Source of the DNA: Macrostomum lignano
Lineage: Eukaryota
Length of the DNA stretch: 64,000 bases
Reading direction: 5' to 3'
Assembly: GCA_002269645.1 (NCBI GenBank)
Contig: NIVC01000620.1
Span: 1 to 64,000 of the forward strand
This document shows positions 48,376 through 61,450 of the stretch, piece by piece. How positions within the stretch are numbered: the first letter of the stretch is position 1; each line of letters begins with the position of its first letter. The translations under genes and the position numbers were made by a program. The notes beneath the pieces were generated by a model that did not search any database, had not been told where the DNA came from, and was given only the letters and a program-made list of their open reading frames with translations.

Positions 48376-50246
48376 TCGTCTTCATCTTCATCTTCGTCTT
48401 CATCTTGATCTTCGTCTTCATCTTGATCTTGATCTTCGTCTTCATATTGATTTGGATCTTCGTCTTCATATTGATTTGGATCTTCGTCTTCATCTTGATC
48501 TTGATCTTCGTCTTCATATTGATTTGGATCTTCGTCTTCATATTGATTTGGATCTTCGTCTTCATCTTGATCTTGATCTTCGTCTTCATATTGATTTGGA
48601 TCTTCGTCTTCATATTGATTTGGATCTTCGTCTTCATATTCATCATCGTATTCAAAGTCATCTCTGTTCACAAATTCGATTCGCCAGGTTGTAACAATTA
48701 CTCGACCATTCTCCACCTTTGCCGCTTTGTACTGAACACCTGCATCGGAGGACAGGATGTACTGCGGTGTTTCTGATGTCGGCCACAGTGTGAGTGAAGG
48801 TGCGCAGGGAGCCAGTTGAAATTCAGCTGGAACAGAGTTCTCCCCAGCCACGGCATAGGCATGGTCTTTTGTGTCACTGCACAAGCCCGGCGTCTGGCAT
48901 GGTCCCATATAGAACGACCTTGAGTTGATCAGCTTCTTAGTAATGATGCAGATAGTGAAAACATTCCACCTATCAGACAAGAACAGCATCTGGTCTCTGA
49001 CTGACATTTTCGAACCATCTCTCATGAGCTCACAACCACTGGGTATGGGAAAAGCCAGTTGAACCTTACCAGAGTCTTTCTCGACTCCCACAATGGCCAG
49101 ATGTCGATCTGGCTTTTCAATTAGAGCAAACAGCTTGTCGCAGTTTCCAGCAATGCACCACAGCTCCGTAGCGCCTTCGTGCAACTCGGTGATGCAGATT
49201 CTTGACTTGAGAGCTCCGCTGAGGTCGGTCACTGTCACCGATGTCTCCTGAGAGATGAACAGCAGCTGTCGCTGATTGTCGCAGTGTAGATCTCGGATCG
49301 GCTGATCGGCCGCCCAGCTGCACGTGAGGCGTCCAACTTCTTTTGCATCATCGGAGAGCAGCAAAATTTTAAACGCCATGTCATTCGGGCTTGAACTGCT
49401 TTCATCATCTATTGTCGCTGAGAGGAGTTGCTGTCCTTGATCAGCTTCAGGAAGGACAGCTACAAAGATACTGGGCTGTGGCATACAGTCGCTGCTATCC
49501 CCATTAGCCTTCTTAATCACACCTGACTGGTCAATGACAAAACCTGTGGTGTTGCTGCACACTGTTAGGCATACTGCAGTTGTTAGCACCTCTGCCTTGC
49601 TTATTCTCTCTTCTGCTCGAAGTGCAATTTCTTCATCAAAACGCCTAGAATCAGCAGCAGCATCAAACTGCTCAGCGAGTTTTCTGAGTAAAACCAACTC
49701 AGCTCTCAGTCCGGTCTCAAGCTCTCTTATTCTCGAGTTCAAATCCGGGTAAGCTGCGATTTCGACTGTCTGACTTTCCTCATCCAATCTCACCAGATTT
49801 GAGTCCAGCTGCAATGTCTTCAGCGATCTCTCCATGCTCTTGTTGATGAGGAAGGCCTGCCTCGTGTTTTTGTCATCCTTGGCTCTCTTTAGCTCTTTTT
49901 CAAAGTCATTCATGTCTGAGACAATTAACAGATGGTCAATGAGCTGGTCATGCTGCTTGGTAACGACAGCAACGAGCTCACTTTGACACCTGTCCAATGT
50001 CTCTCTCAGGTCGGTAAAGGTGTCGTCGAGCAGCTGTAGGTCGGATGTGAGTCTCTGCTGCATCAGTCTCATGGGCTCCTGGTACTTCTTGAAGAGCTGC
50101 ACTTTGTGGGCTACTCTGAGTTCAGCCTCGTCTACTTCGATGAAGTCTTGCTGCATGTGCAGGTCGCAGAGAGGCTGGCAGGTTACAAGCGACTCGCCAA
50201 CAGCGGGACTGCGGCAGAGGCGCATTGAACAACGAGCGGGTTGCAT
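48258..50246 (-). CDS. intronless Zn-finger (B-box-like)/coiled-coil/beta-propeller-like protein with acidic repeat tail (TRIM/NHL-like architecture by inference)
   Basis: 662-aa open ORF; C-x4-C-x11-C-x3-C-x2-H, then a helical heptad-rich region, then beta-strand-rich repeats (IRDLHCD..LLFISQ..VTVTDLSG), then (EDEDPNQY/EDEDQDQD)n. The last ~35 aa come from the RTE insertion. Confidence 0.8.
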   Translation of the reverse strand: MQPARCSMRLCRSPAVGESLVTCQPLCDLHMQQDFIEVDEAELRVAHKVQLFKKYQEPMRLMQQRLTSDLQLLDDTFTDLRETLDRCQSELVAVVTKQHDQLIDHLLIVSDMNDFEKELKRAKDDKNTRQAFLINKSMERSLKTLQLDSNLVRLDEESQTVEIAAYPDLNSRIRELETGLRAELVLLRKLAEQFDAAADSRRFDEEIALRAEERISKAEVLTTAVCLTVCSNTTGFVIDQSGVIKKANGDSSDCMPQPSIFVAVLPEADQGQQLLSATIDDESSSSPNDMAFKILLLSDDAKEVGRLTCSWAADQPIRDLHCDNQRQLLFISQETSVTVTDLSGALKSRICITELHEGATELWCIAGNCDKLFALIEKPDRHLAIVGVEKDSGKVQLAFPIPSGCELMRDGSKMSVRDQMLFLSDRWNVFTICIITKKLINSRSFYMGPCQTPGLCSDTKDHAYAVAGENSVPAEFQLAPCAPSLTLWPTSETPQYILSSDAGVQYKAAKVENGRVIVTTWRIEFVNRDDFEYDDEYEDEDPNQYEDEDPNQYEDEDQDQDEDEDPNQYEDEDPNQYEDEDQDQDEDEDPNQYEDEDPNQYEDEDQDQDEDEDQDEDEDEDEDERTDIHQDARGHCRVPGNKKSIRRLQHRRHRNGNPPRPP
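48376..48655 (-). repeat. coding 24-bp repeats in a 72-bp higher-order pattern
   Basis: Pattern of EDEDPNQY x2 plus EDEDQDQD, repeated about three times. Confidence 0.9.
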
Positions 50247-50859
50247 GATTTTCTGCTGGTAGGCGCTTTGAGTAGGAACTGCGCTAGTGCGTTGCAGCTT
50301 TTCTCTTCGTAACTTTTATGCTCTGGTTGTAGAGAGGAGTATTCATAGTCTAGTGTGTGCTCGTATAGTATACATGTATTGTGATTGGGAAAATACTGTA
50401 CAGTACTAAATGGGAAGCAGGCATTTTAATATTAATACATTTACGTAGCTTTCCCAACCCTATGGAGAGAAATTACTGAGACAACGAGACTTAAGAGACG
50501 TAAAGGATCTAAACTGCACAATTGTACGAGTGGGAAAAACTGTCTTACTTGAATGGCTTTTTATATCGATTTATTCTGCTACTGAACCGTGCATATTTGT
50601 CTGCTCCATAGGACTTATTCCTCCCTACGAGGCTGTGGTTTTCATTTAATCGATCTTAAATAGATTGAAAAAATAGGATAAAAATTTACACTTATTTATT
50701 GTGAGAATTACAAAGTAAAGGAGATATGCACGTCAGGGTTATTTTCATTGGCATGAATTGGCTTTGCTTAAAAAGATGTGAAAAGCCAATTCGTTGCTAC
50801 TACTCATAGTAAATCCGGCGCTCCATACGAAACCATTAATGTCAGGTTATTCCCAAAAA

Positions 50860-52012
50860 CCGATATCTGCAGTTGACTTCAGCTAGTTGTGCCAGCGTGG
50901 CACCAGCGGGCATCAGACGAAGGGCGAGACGCACTCGCACAGAACGAATGATAGGCAGTGCCTGTCTCGGTATAGTCGGTCAGACCAGCTACACTACATG
51001 TATGGAATCTGAATATAACGTTTTCGTTAATGCTCATCGTCAAGAGATTAATGCTCATCGTCAAGCGATTAATGCTCATCGTCAAGAGATTAATGCTCAT
51101 CGTCAAGAGATTAATGCTCATCGTCAAGAGATTAATGCTCATCGTCAAGAGAATAATGCTCATCGTCAAGCGATTAATGCTCATCGTCAAGCGATTAATG
51201 CTCATCGTCAAGAGATTAATGCTCATCGTCAAGAGATTAATGCTCATCGTCAAGAGATTAATGCTCATCGTCAAGAGATTAATGCTCATCGTCAAGAGAA
51301 TAATGCTCATCGTCAAGAGATTAATGCTCATCGTCAAGAGATTAATGCTCATCGTCAAGAGATTAATGCTCATCGTCAAGAGAATAATGCTCATCGTCAA
51401 GAGAATAATGCTCATCGTCAAGAGATTAATGCTCATCGTCAAGAGATTAATGCTCATCGTCAAGAGATTAATGCTCATCGTCAAGAGAATAATGCTCATC
51501 GTCAAGAGAATAATGCTCATCGTCAAGAGATTAATGCTCATCGTCAAGAGAATAATGCTCATCGTCAAGAGATTAATGCTCATCGTCAAGAGATTAATGC
51601 TCATCGTCAAGAGATTAATGCTCATCGTCAAGAGATTAATGCTCATCGTCAAGAGATTAATGCTCATCGTCAAGAGATTAATGCTCATCGTCAAGAGATT
51701 AATGCTCATCGTCAAGAGATTAATGCTCATCGTCAAGAGATTAATGCTCATCGTCAAGCGATTAATGCTCATCGTCAAGAGATTAATGCTCATCGTCAAG
51801 AGAATAATGCTCATCGTCAAGAGATTAATGCTCATCGTCAAGAGATTAATGCTCATCGTCAAGAGATTAATGCTCATCGTCAAGAGATTAATGCTCATCG
51901 TCAAGAGATTAATGCTCATCGTCAAGAGATTAATGCTCATCGTCAAGAGATTAATGCTCATCGTCATGAAAAAGAGATTAAGGCTCATCGTCAGGAGATT
52001 AATGCTCGTCAC
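50860..52012 (-). pseudogene. inverted C-type lectin derivative: leader repeat amplified, lectin body missing, 3' end retained
   Basis: Minus strand 51030-50860 (gaaaacgttatattcagattccat..gtgtagctggtctgaccgac..tgtgcgagtgcgtctc..gaagtcaactgcag) matches 56695-56850. The (MSINLLT)n unit matches the MSNNLLTMSINLPT leader of 56038. Confidence 0.75.
51028..52010. repeat. 21-bp minisatellite, about 45 copies
   Basis: gattaatgctcatcgtcaaga, with gaataat and agcgatt variants. Confidence 0.98.
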
Positions 52013-52139
52013 TTTTGTGCGCCACTTCTGATATTTTATATTTAATCATCAAACATAGCCAAAGAGAAAGGGAGGGAGAGACGGGAGTGCGACAGTAGAA
52101 CAGCAATTCCAGAAATTGAGTACTTTTAAAGGGATAGCG

Positions 52140-52500
52140 AGGTTTGCCTGCGGGACGTTTGCCAGCCGACGTTTGCCAGCCGACGTTTGCCAGCCGACGT
52201 TTGCCAGCGGGACGTTTGCCAGCCGACATTTGCCTGCGGGACGTTTGCCAGCCGACGTTTGCCAGCCGACGTTTGCCAGCCGACATTTGCCTGCGGGACG
52301 TTTGCCAGCCGACGTTTGCCAGCCGACGTTTGCCAGCCGACATTTGCCTGCGGGACGTTTGCCAGCCGACATTTGCCTGCGGGACGTTTGCCAGCCAACG
52401 TTTGCCAGCCGATGTTTGCCAGCCGACGTTTGCCAGCCGACGTTTGCCAGCCGACGTTTGCCTGCGGGACGTTTGCCAGCCGACATTTGCCAGCCAACAG
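52140..52500. repeat. 14/15-bp GC-rich tandem repeat
   Basis: gccagccgacgttt interspersed with gcctgcgggacgttt. Confidence 0.95.
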
Positions 52501-52502
52501 TA

Positions 52503-52866
52503 TTTTTTTTATTAGAGGCAGGGGGGTTGTGTGCACCCTGGCGCACTTTAAGCAACATAGGCACACAACCGGCGAGAGGCATTACTGCCCATTCCGCCGA
52601 CTCCCCTGAGCAGGCATACAAGCGCGCGGATACGTACGCAGGCACACACTCACACAGGAGTGTACAGCGGCCCTAACTTTATATTATCGTTAGGCGTGTA
52701 CACTTCACTGCGCCTTGGGGGGTTGGCTCTCAAGGCCGTTAATTGCACGAGCAGAGCCAAGCCGAGATTCCAATTCAGCCCCAAATTAATGTGACTGCAC
52801 TTGGAATCGAGCCTGGGTCGCTGGCACACCAGAGCAGCTGCGCTACCGCTGGGCTACGGCCCCCCT
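52503..52866 (-). mobile_element. 364-bp tRNA-derived SINE with poly(A) tail and 13-bp TSD
   Basis: Head GGGGGCCGTAGCCCAGCGGTAGCGCA..GGCTCGATTCC (A/B boxes); tail CTAATAAAAAAAA; TSD CCAGCCAACAGTA at 52490-52502 and 52867-52879. Confidence 0.9.
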
Positions 52867-53199
52867 CCAGCCAACAGTAAGTCAGTGAGTGAAAATTTTG
52901 ATACTGAAATATTCGCAGTTTGTCGGTTTTTTAGTCCAACTTTTTGACGGTTATTCGTTCGCATGTATAAAATTTCGAAAACAAAATCTATACAAATTAT
53001 GCAGTTCATTAATATAGCATCTAGTTTAACAACAATTTCTTTGAATGTGAAAATATTAAATTTACTTCTGACAGCTTTATTGTATTGCTTCTCCCAGTTT
53101 GAGATGTTTGATTTTTGACTTGCCAATGAAGACACGCAAATTTAAACGGGAATCTGCAGCGAGCCAAGTTTTGAGCAAATATAAGAACTGCTAAACGAT

Positions 53200-55870
<2,671 letters not shown>

Positions 55871-56037
55871 TGAGGTGAACTGCGAGTCGATGTCGTAGAC
55901 CAGCCACCAGGTGCATGTTTACTGCTCAAATACAGCTGAGGCACTAGAATCGGAGGCTACGAGTATAAATTCTGAGCTGAAACTCTGCTGCAGCTGCGTC
56001 TGTCGATTTTACCTTCTCAGTTTCTTCAGCATTGACA

Positions 56038-56799
56038 ATGAGCAATAATCTCCTAACAATGAGCATTAATCTCCCTACGAAGTTCTTGGCTCTAGACCTC
56101 ACGCTCGGCAGTGACAACGAGCAGCTGTATTTTCTTATCAACGGATATCTTTGCATCAACGGCGAGTTTGTTGAGACCTACTCAAGCGAACTCAACAAAG
56201 TCGGGTGCGCCGCTCTGTGCACCCAAAACCAGCGCTGTCAGGCGTTCAGCATGGCTGACGGTCCGTGCCAGCTGTTCGTGTTCGACAAGTGCAGCAAGTC
56301 GGTGAGGAGCTGCGGCTGCTCCAGGAGAGGCCGGGTGTTCGTCAAGCAGCGGCCGGGACTCGAGGCGGGCGCGCTGTGTCCGTCTGGCTACGGCATGGAC
56401 CTGTGCGGAGTGAAGTACAGGCTGTACTCTGGCATCGGGACGTGGCGGTCGGGCAGGCAGAAGTGCGAGTCAGAGAGAGGTCTGGTCATCATGGCCGACG
56501 TGACCAGCGAGCAGGAGATGAGCCATGTGGACTCGATCTACTCGAACTACAGCTCTGAACAATCGGTCTGGCTCGGGGGCCTTCAGCCAGAAGGCAGTGC
56601 TGAGCCGGCTGTCGGCTGGTACTGGGTCGGCTGCAATGACACCGTGGACGCTGCTCTGTGGGACAACAATGAGCCCAACAATTATGGAGGTGTCGAAAAT
56701 GTTATATTCAGATTCCATGGTGTAGCTGGTCTGTCCGACTGTGCTGAGACATGCACTGTGTCTACCGTTTTGTGCGAGTGCGTCTCTCCCTTCATGTGA
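56038..56799 (+). CDS. PAN/apple-like plus C-type lectin domain protein, intronless
   Basis: CAALCTQNQRCQAFSMADGPCQL (PAN-like); TWRSGRQKCE, VWLGG, WYWV, WDNNEPNN..ENV..LSDC (CTLD with EPN motif). First ATG at 56038. Confidence 0.85.
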   Translation: MSNNLLTMSINLPTKFLALDLTLGSDNEQLYFLINGYLCINGEFVETYSSELNKVGCAALCTQNQRCQAFSMADGPCQLFVFDKCSKSVRSCGCSRRGRVFVKQRPGLEAGALCPSGYGMDLCGVKYRLYSGIGTWRSGRQKCESERGLVIMADVTSEQEMSHVDSIYSNYSSEQSVWLGGLQPEGSAEPAVGWYWVGCNDTVDAALWDNNEPNNYGGVENVIFRFHGVAGLSDCAETCTVSTVLCECVSPFM

Positions 56800-57280
56800 T
56801 GTTTGCGGGCGCGGCGCTGTCAGAACTAAATGAGAAGTCAACTGCAGAAATCGACCTTTGGAATAACGCAGATGTTAAAACTAATGTGTCGAACATGTGA
56901 TTAACACTGACTGTTAAAGCTGAACAACGATTTGGATGATAATACAGAAATATACAGGAATTCCGGCGATTGGAATTATTCGCTGTGTTAGGATGCAGAT
57001 GGTGTTACGGTTGAAGAACACGAAGGCACTTGGGTTTATGAATTGAAGGAGGGCGTTATTTGAGCAGCTCCAAATTGGCATGAGCACGAAGCTCGCTCTT
57101 ATATTTCTTTTCCCTTAAGGGTATTGAAGTTTCTAGCAAATAAGGTGTACGGTAACATTTTGCCCTGATGGCACATAGACTACTTTTAGAAGAAAATAAA
57201 TCTATGAATAATACAGCATAGCATGCAGCGTATGCTACAGATGGCAAGCCTTTATGATGCATTGCAGTTTCTTGTTGGTT

Positions 57281-57503
57281 TGTGATAGTTCACGAAGGAA
57301 ACCGGTTTTATTGTACAGCCTGTAGCTACGAATTGGAGTGCTCCAGTTAAGCAGCTCTCTCTACTCATGCTTGGTGTATTTGAGCGTTGCGGCTCTGCTC
57401 ACTTTAATGAAAAGAGTACTGCTTAACAGCTTCGGCCATAGAGTATGCACCGTGGTAATAACTAACATAAGAGATTTTCTATAAACTATCTAAGCATCTA
57501 ACA
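57281..57503 (-). repeat. probable short 3' LTR of a second gypsy family
   Basis: Minus strand PPT GGGGAGGAG followed by TGTTAGATG...AATAAA...CTATCACA; no partner LTR in the window. Confidence 0.6.
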
Positions 57504-58430
57504 CTCCTCCCCATTAGTCTTTGGACCGGTCACACAGTTCAAAATTCAGTTCAAGTACCATCCGGTCTTCCAAGAGTAGAGTAAGGTCGGGCGCCTTTCG
57601 GTTGCGCTGACTGCGGTTGTTCCTCTCGGTCTGTTTTGGCTCCGTTGCATTTCTCTCCGTAGTATCAGCTGTATCTTCATGTGCGTCCATTAGAGTATCT
57701 CCTGTTACAGGTAGAATCCTCGGCTTGGTATGCTCCAGATGGTATCGGCCGTGTTTTCCGTCGTCCAATTGTACTCTCACGATTTTCTTACCTTCTCTAG
57801 CAACGATTGCACCGGGCTTCCATTTCTCGGTTTCGTTCCTGTAGGTCTTTACCCACACCGGTTCTTTGGACAAGGTCAACGTTGCCTTCCAAAGTAGATG
57901 TCTTCGCATTAACTCTGCAGGTGCCCTTCCTGTCGTGGAGTGACGGGAGTTCCTGCACTGTAGAAGGAAGCGGTCGACACTGGTTTGTAGATCGTCTTAT
58001 CGTCTTCGCCGCCTGATGCCGCCACGTGGTTCTTCAGGTCTCTGACAAACCTTTCCGCAAGGCCGTTTGATCGTTGGTGGTACGGAGGCGTGAGCACGTG
58101 TTTGCATCCGATTCCTTTGAGCCAGCTTTCCATCTCCAGTGAAGTGAATTGTGGACCATTGTCAGTAACCAATGTATAATATTTCCCACTTATTTTGCTG
58201 TCTAGCGGGAAAAGGCTCGAGGTCTCGTTTATTGACCGAGGCGAAGCCGAGGTCAATGTTGCGGGAACACCTTGCGCGAACGTTCTTCGGAAACGTCGGA
58301 TAGTCACTGCCGATGTGGTTGACTGCGTAACATGTACTTCTGCCCATTTGCTGTAGGCATCGACTATTACGAGCAGGTACTTGTAAACGGTCCAGCGTAG
58401 TCTACACCACTGAGAAGCAGGTGTTCATCC
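57504..58430 (-). mobile_element. degenerate Ty3/gypsy integrase fragment
   Basis: YLLVIVDAYSKW, TLVTDNGPQFTS, TPPYHQRSNGLAERFVR, VWVKTYRN..KWKPG across frameshifted ORFs. Confidence 0.85.
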
Positions 58431-59864
58431 ACTCAGACTACACAAGCTTCTCTTCAGGTGATCATTCCGAATCCTTGCTTGCCGCGTTTCGGTTTCGCAT
58501 GCATGTTTTTGCTAGTCACTTTGAAACTTAAAAAAGTATTGATAGTTAGTTCCGATCGTATTACAACTTTAACGAGTTTAATGCTTTAAAATTTGGAGCT
58601 GGTGTGAAAGCAAAACCCTTATCATTCGATCCTACATTACAATTTCGGTAACAAAAGTTAACATGCTCGCACTACTCAAAGCGCGATTTGTCAGTAGTTT
58701 AACATGTAGACAGTTGTATGAACGCGTAAAACTTTATAAAATTATGGGCCCCTTGAGATAATTTTAATAAATATCAGACGGTAATTTAAACTGCTACCTG
58801 ACGATACCTTCAATAACTACCTCACGATACCTCCATTGTCTACCTCACGATACCTTCAATGACTACAATACCTTTAAAGACGAACAATCAGTACCTTTGA
58901 CGACTACCACCTTGAGTTATACGTGTGGAAAAGAAACCTGCAGAGAATAATGACACTATATGACAGCTGTCGTTTTTCATGAAAATAAATACACAGCTTA
59001 TTCATATTTCGAAAATAAATAGTCTGACAAAGTTTCGCGATTTGACCACGCTCTAAATAAAGGATTATCGCTGGGCTGGTTGGGGTGGGGCCAATAATCC
59101 AGCCTGCAGATAAGCAATAAGGGCTGATCCAAAGTAATTAATGCACATTCTTACCTGTGATCGCCTCCATTTGTACTGATCCGCCGTATTCTTTATTAAT
59201 ATTCCTGTTTTACAATCCTGCATTTACACCCCCGCCATTTTTACATCTTGGTTTTATTGCGGCTTTTACCTGGCTTTTGCCTCATCTTACTCCAAAAACA
59301 AGCTCCTGAATATCTCAAAATGCTTTCATTAACGGTTTTTAACGTTATGTAATTACCTAATTCCAAAAAAAATTATTTACGGTTTTTACTCTTTTGACCT
59401 GCTTTTATCTCTTCACTAAATTATCCTACTCAAAGTAGCCCCTTTTACATGCGTCCAATATTTTATCCTTCAAAATAAAATAGCGCCAAGATGCTTTTTA
59501 GTCCTTTTTTACCTATTCAATATTGCACTACCCCTGTATATATTTGGTCTAGAGCTTTGTGAGGACCCTACTTTATTAGATTACCCCTTAATTACCTAGT
59601 GCATTCATACATCCAATTGTTAATAAAAACACTAAATTTCGTAAATTTTAATTTCGTGTAACAAAGTATGATCGCATTATAATTAGTAATATATTGGCAG
59701 AGCCCCTCTAGGGCAGAAACGTGGGTAAAAAAATTGTACACACTGGTTTAACAACAACAAATAAAGGATTATTGAAGACCGCATTTTTACGTTTTGTGTT
59801 TTTAATTAAGACACTGCAAAATGGCATATACTGATAGGACTACTGAAAATTGATGCGGGTCACG

Positions 59865-60250
59865 AGTCTACTACAAATCGATATGGGTGACAAGGCTACT
59901 GCAAATCGATATGAGTGAGGGCTACTGCAAATTGATATGGGGGACAAGGCTAGTGCAAAACGATATGAGTGAGGGCTACTGCAAATTGATATGGGTGACA
60001 AGGCTAGTGCAAAACGATATGAGTAATGGCTACTGCAAATCGATATGGGGGACAAGGCTAGTGCAAAACGATATGAGTGAGGGCTACTGCAAATTGATAT
60101 GGGGGACAAGGCTAGTGCAAAACGATATGAGTAATGGCTACTGCAAATCGATATGGGGGACAAGGCTAGTGCAAAACGATATGAGTGAGGGCTACTGCAA
60201 ATTGATATGGGTGACAAGGCTACTACAAGTTGATATTGGTGAGGGCTACT
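59865..60250. repeat. alternating 26-28-bp minisatellite (~54-bp dimer)
   Basis: gctactgcaaattgatatgggggacaag alternating with gctagtgcaaaacgatatgagtgagg. Confidence 0.92.
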
Positions 60251-61450
60251 GAAAATTTATATTTTAAAAAATATTGGATAAAACTTAGAACACGTTTAAA
60301 AAGTTTCCAGCCCCATTTCGTACAGTTGGGTTCGCGAGAAAAAGCTTAGTTCTCGCGATATGTGACTCGTGTGTGACTCATTCGTCATTGGCTGAGCGAT
60401 TAACTGGGGGAGACAAAGTTTGAGCGTTGTTTGAGGTGTGTTGTTTGAAGAGTTTGTCGCCTTTTGGGAATATTAGGCGGTCCACCTTGACATTTTTCTC
60501 CCTGTACTTCAATGGCAACCCCTTTCTTGTTAAAATATTTTCTCCATCAAAAAAGCGCTGTTTGATATGACCACGAGCTAATAGGGAAACTAATGGCAAT
60601 TTCATGAAGCTTGCAAATGGATACTGGACGTCACCTAAATAGGCACTAAATAGAATCTAAATAGGCACACGACGTGTACAACGCACCTACCAACCCACCA
60701 GAGAGCGAACACCCAACCAGCCCCCCTTGCACTAAAGGCGCTTATCCCTTGCGGGTTTGCGAGAAATGGTTTACAAGAACAAAATGTGTATTCCGGCAAG
60801 AAGTTTTACTACCCCGTCCTTATTTCCGGTTTGAGGCAAAGCAAGCCGTGATGCCCGCCTTGATCTCCGTTTTCCTCTTTCACCAGTGCAAAGACTTATT
60901 TATCTGTCCGAAAATTCTGTGCTCCATGGTTTCGAATTTGGGACTTCAAAGTTATTAACGAGCACAACGCGACGTTATTAAGGGTATATTGTTTACTATA
61001 GATATTTGACCGCACATTATTGTCCTCCTTATTGTCATTTTACTCCTCACTTATTTCGTAAGTCACATTTTAGAATGTAATAAACTTACAGGTATTGCAA
61101 TGAATTGTAATAAAAAACTTAATTTTTTCACCTCGCTGGAATTTGGGGATTTTGTAAGTTTCTATGGGTGTTATCCTACTGAATGAAGCTCAGTACTCTT
61201 GACAAGTTAAAAAATCTCTAAAATCCAAATGCTAATTGAAAATTATATGACGATTATCAAAGTAGGCAACTTGATTAGGCAATAATTTTCACTGCTTTAA
61301 AACAATACTGCACTCGCAATTTTATACTTTGTAAATCTAGCATATCGTACGACGGCCCTGGATTTCGCACACCATGAACCAGCCTCAACTGTCCCATTCC
61401 TCAGAGAATTTCCTCACGAACCTTATTGTAATACTGGCCGCTCTGACCGA

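Noticed and set aside
46604-48661. 685-aa ORF as an active retrotransposon ORF2
   Set aside because: The N-terminus is an alternative-frame reading of the host acidic repeat; the endonuclease and first RT motifs are missing.
51028-52500. Regular short repeats as a CRISPR array (also 2565-3165, 43190-43520, 59865-60250)
   Set aside because: Units are head-to-tail with no unique spacers, there are no cas genes, and the context is eukaryotic.
60640-61020. Possible Helitron-like end (minus-strand ATCTATAGTAAAC)
   Set aside because: Only a short terminal resemblance; no second end or second copy in the window.
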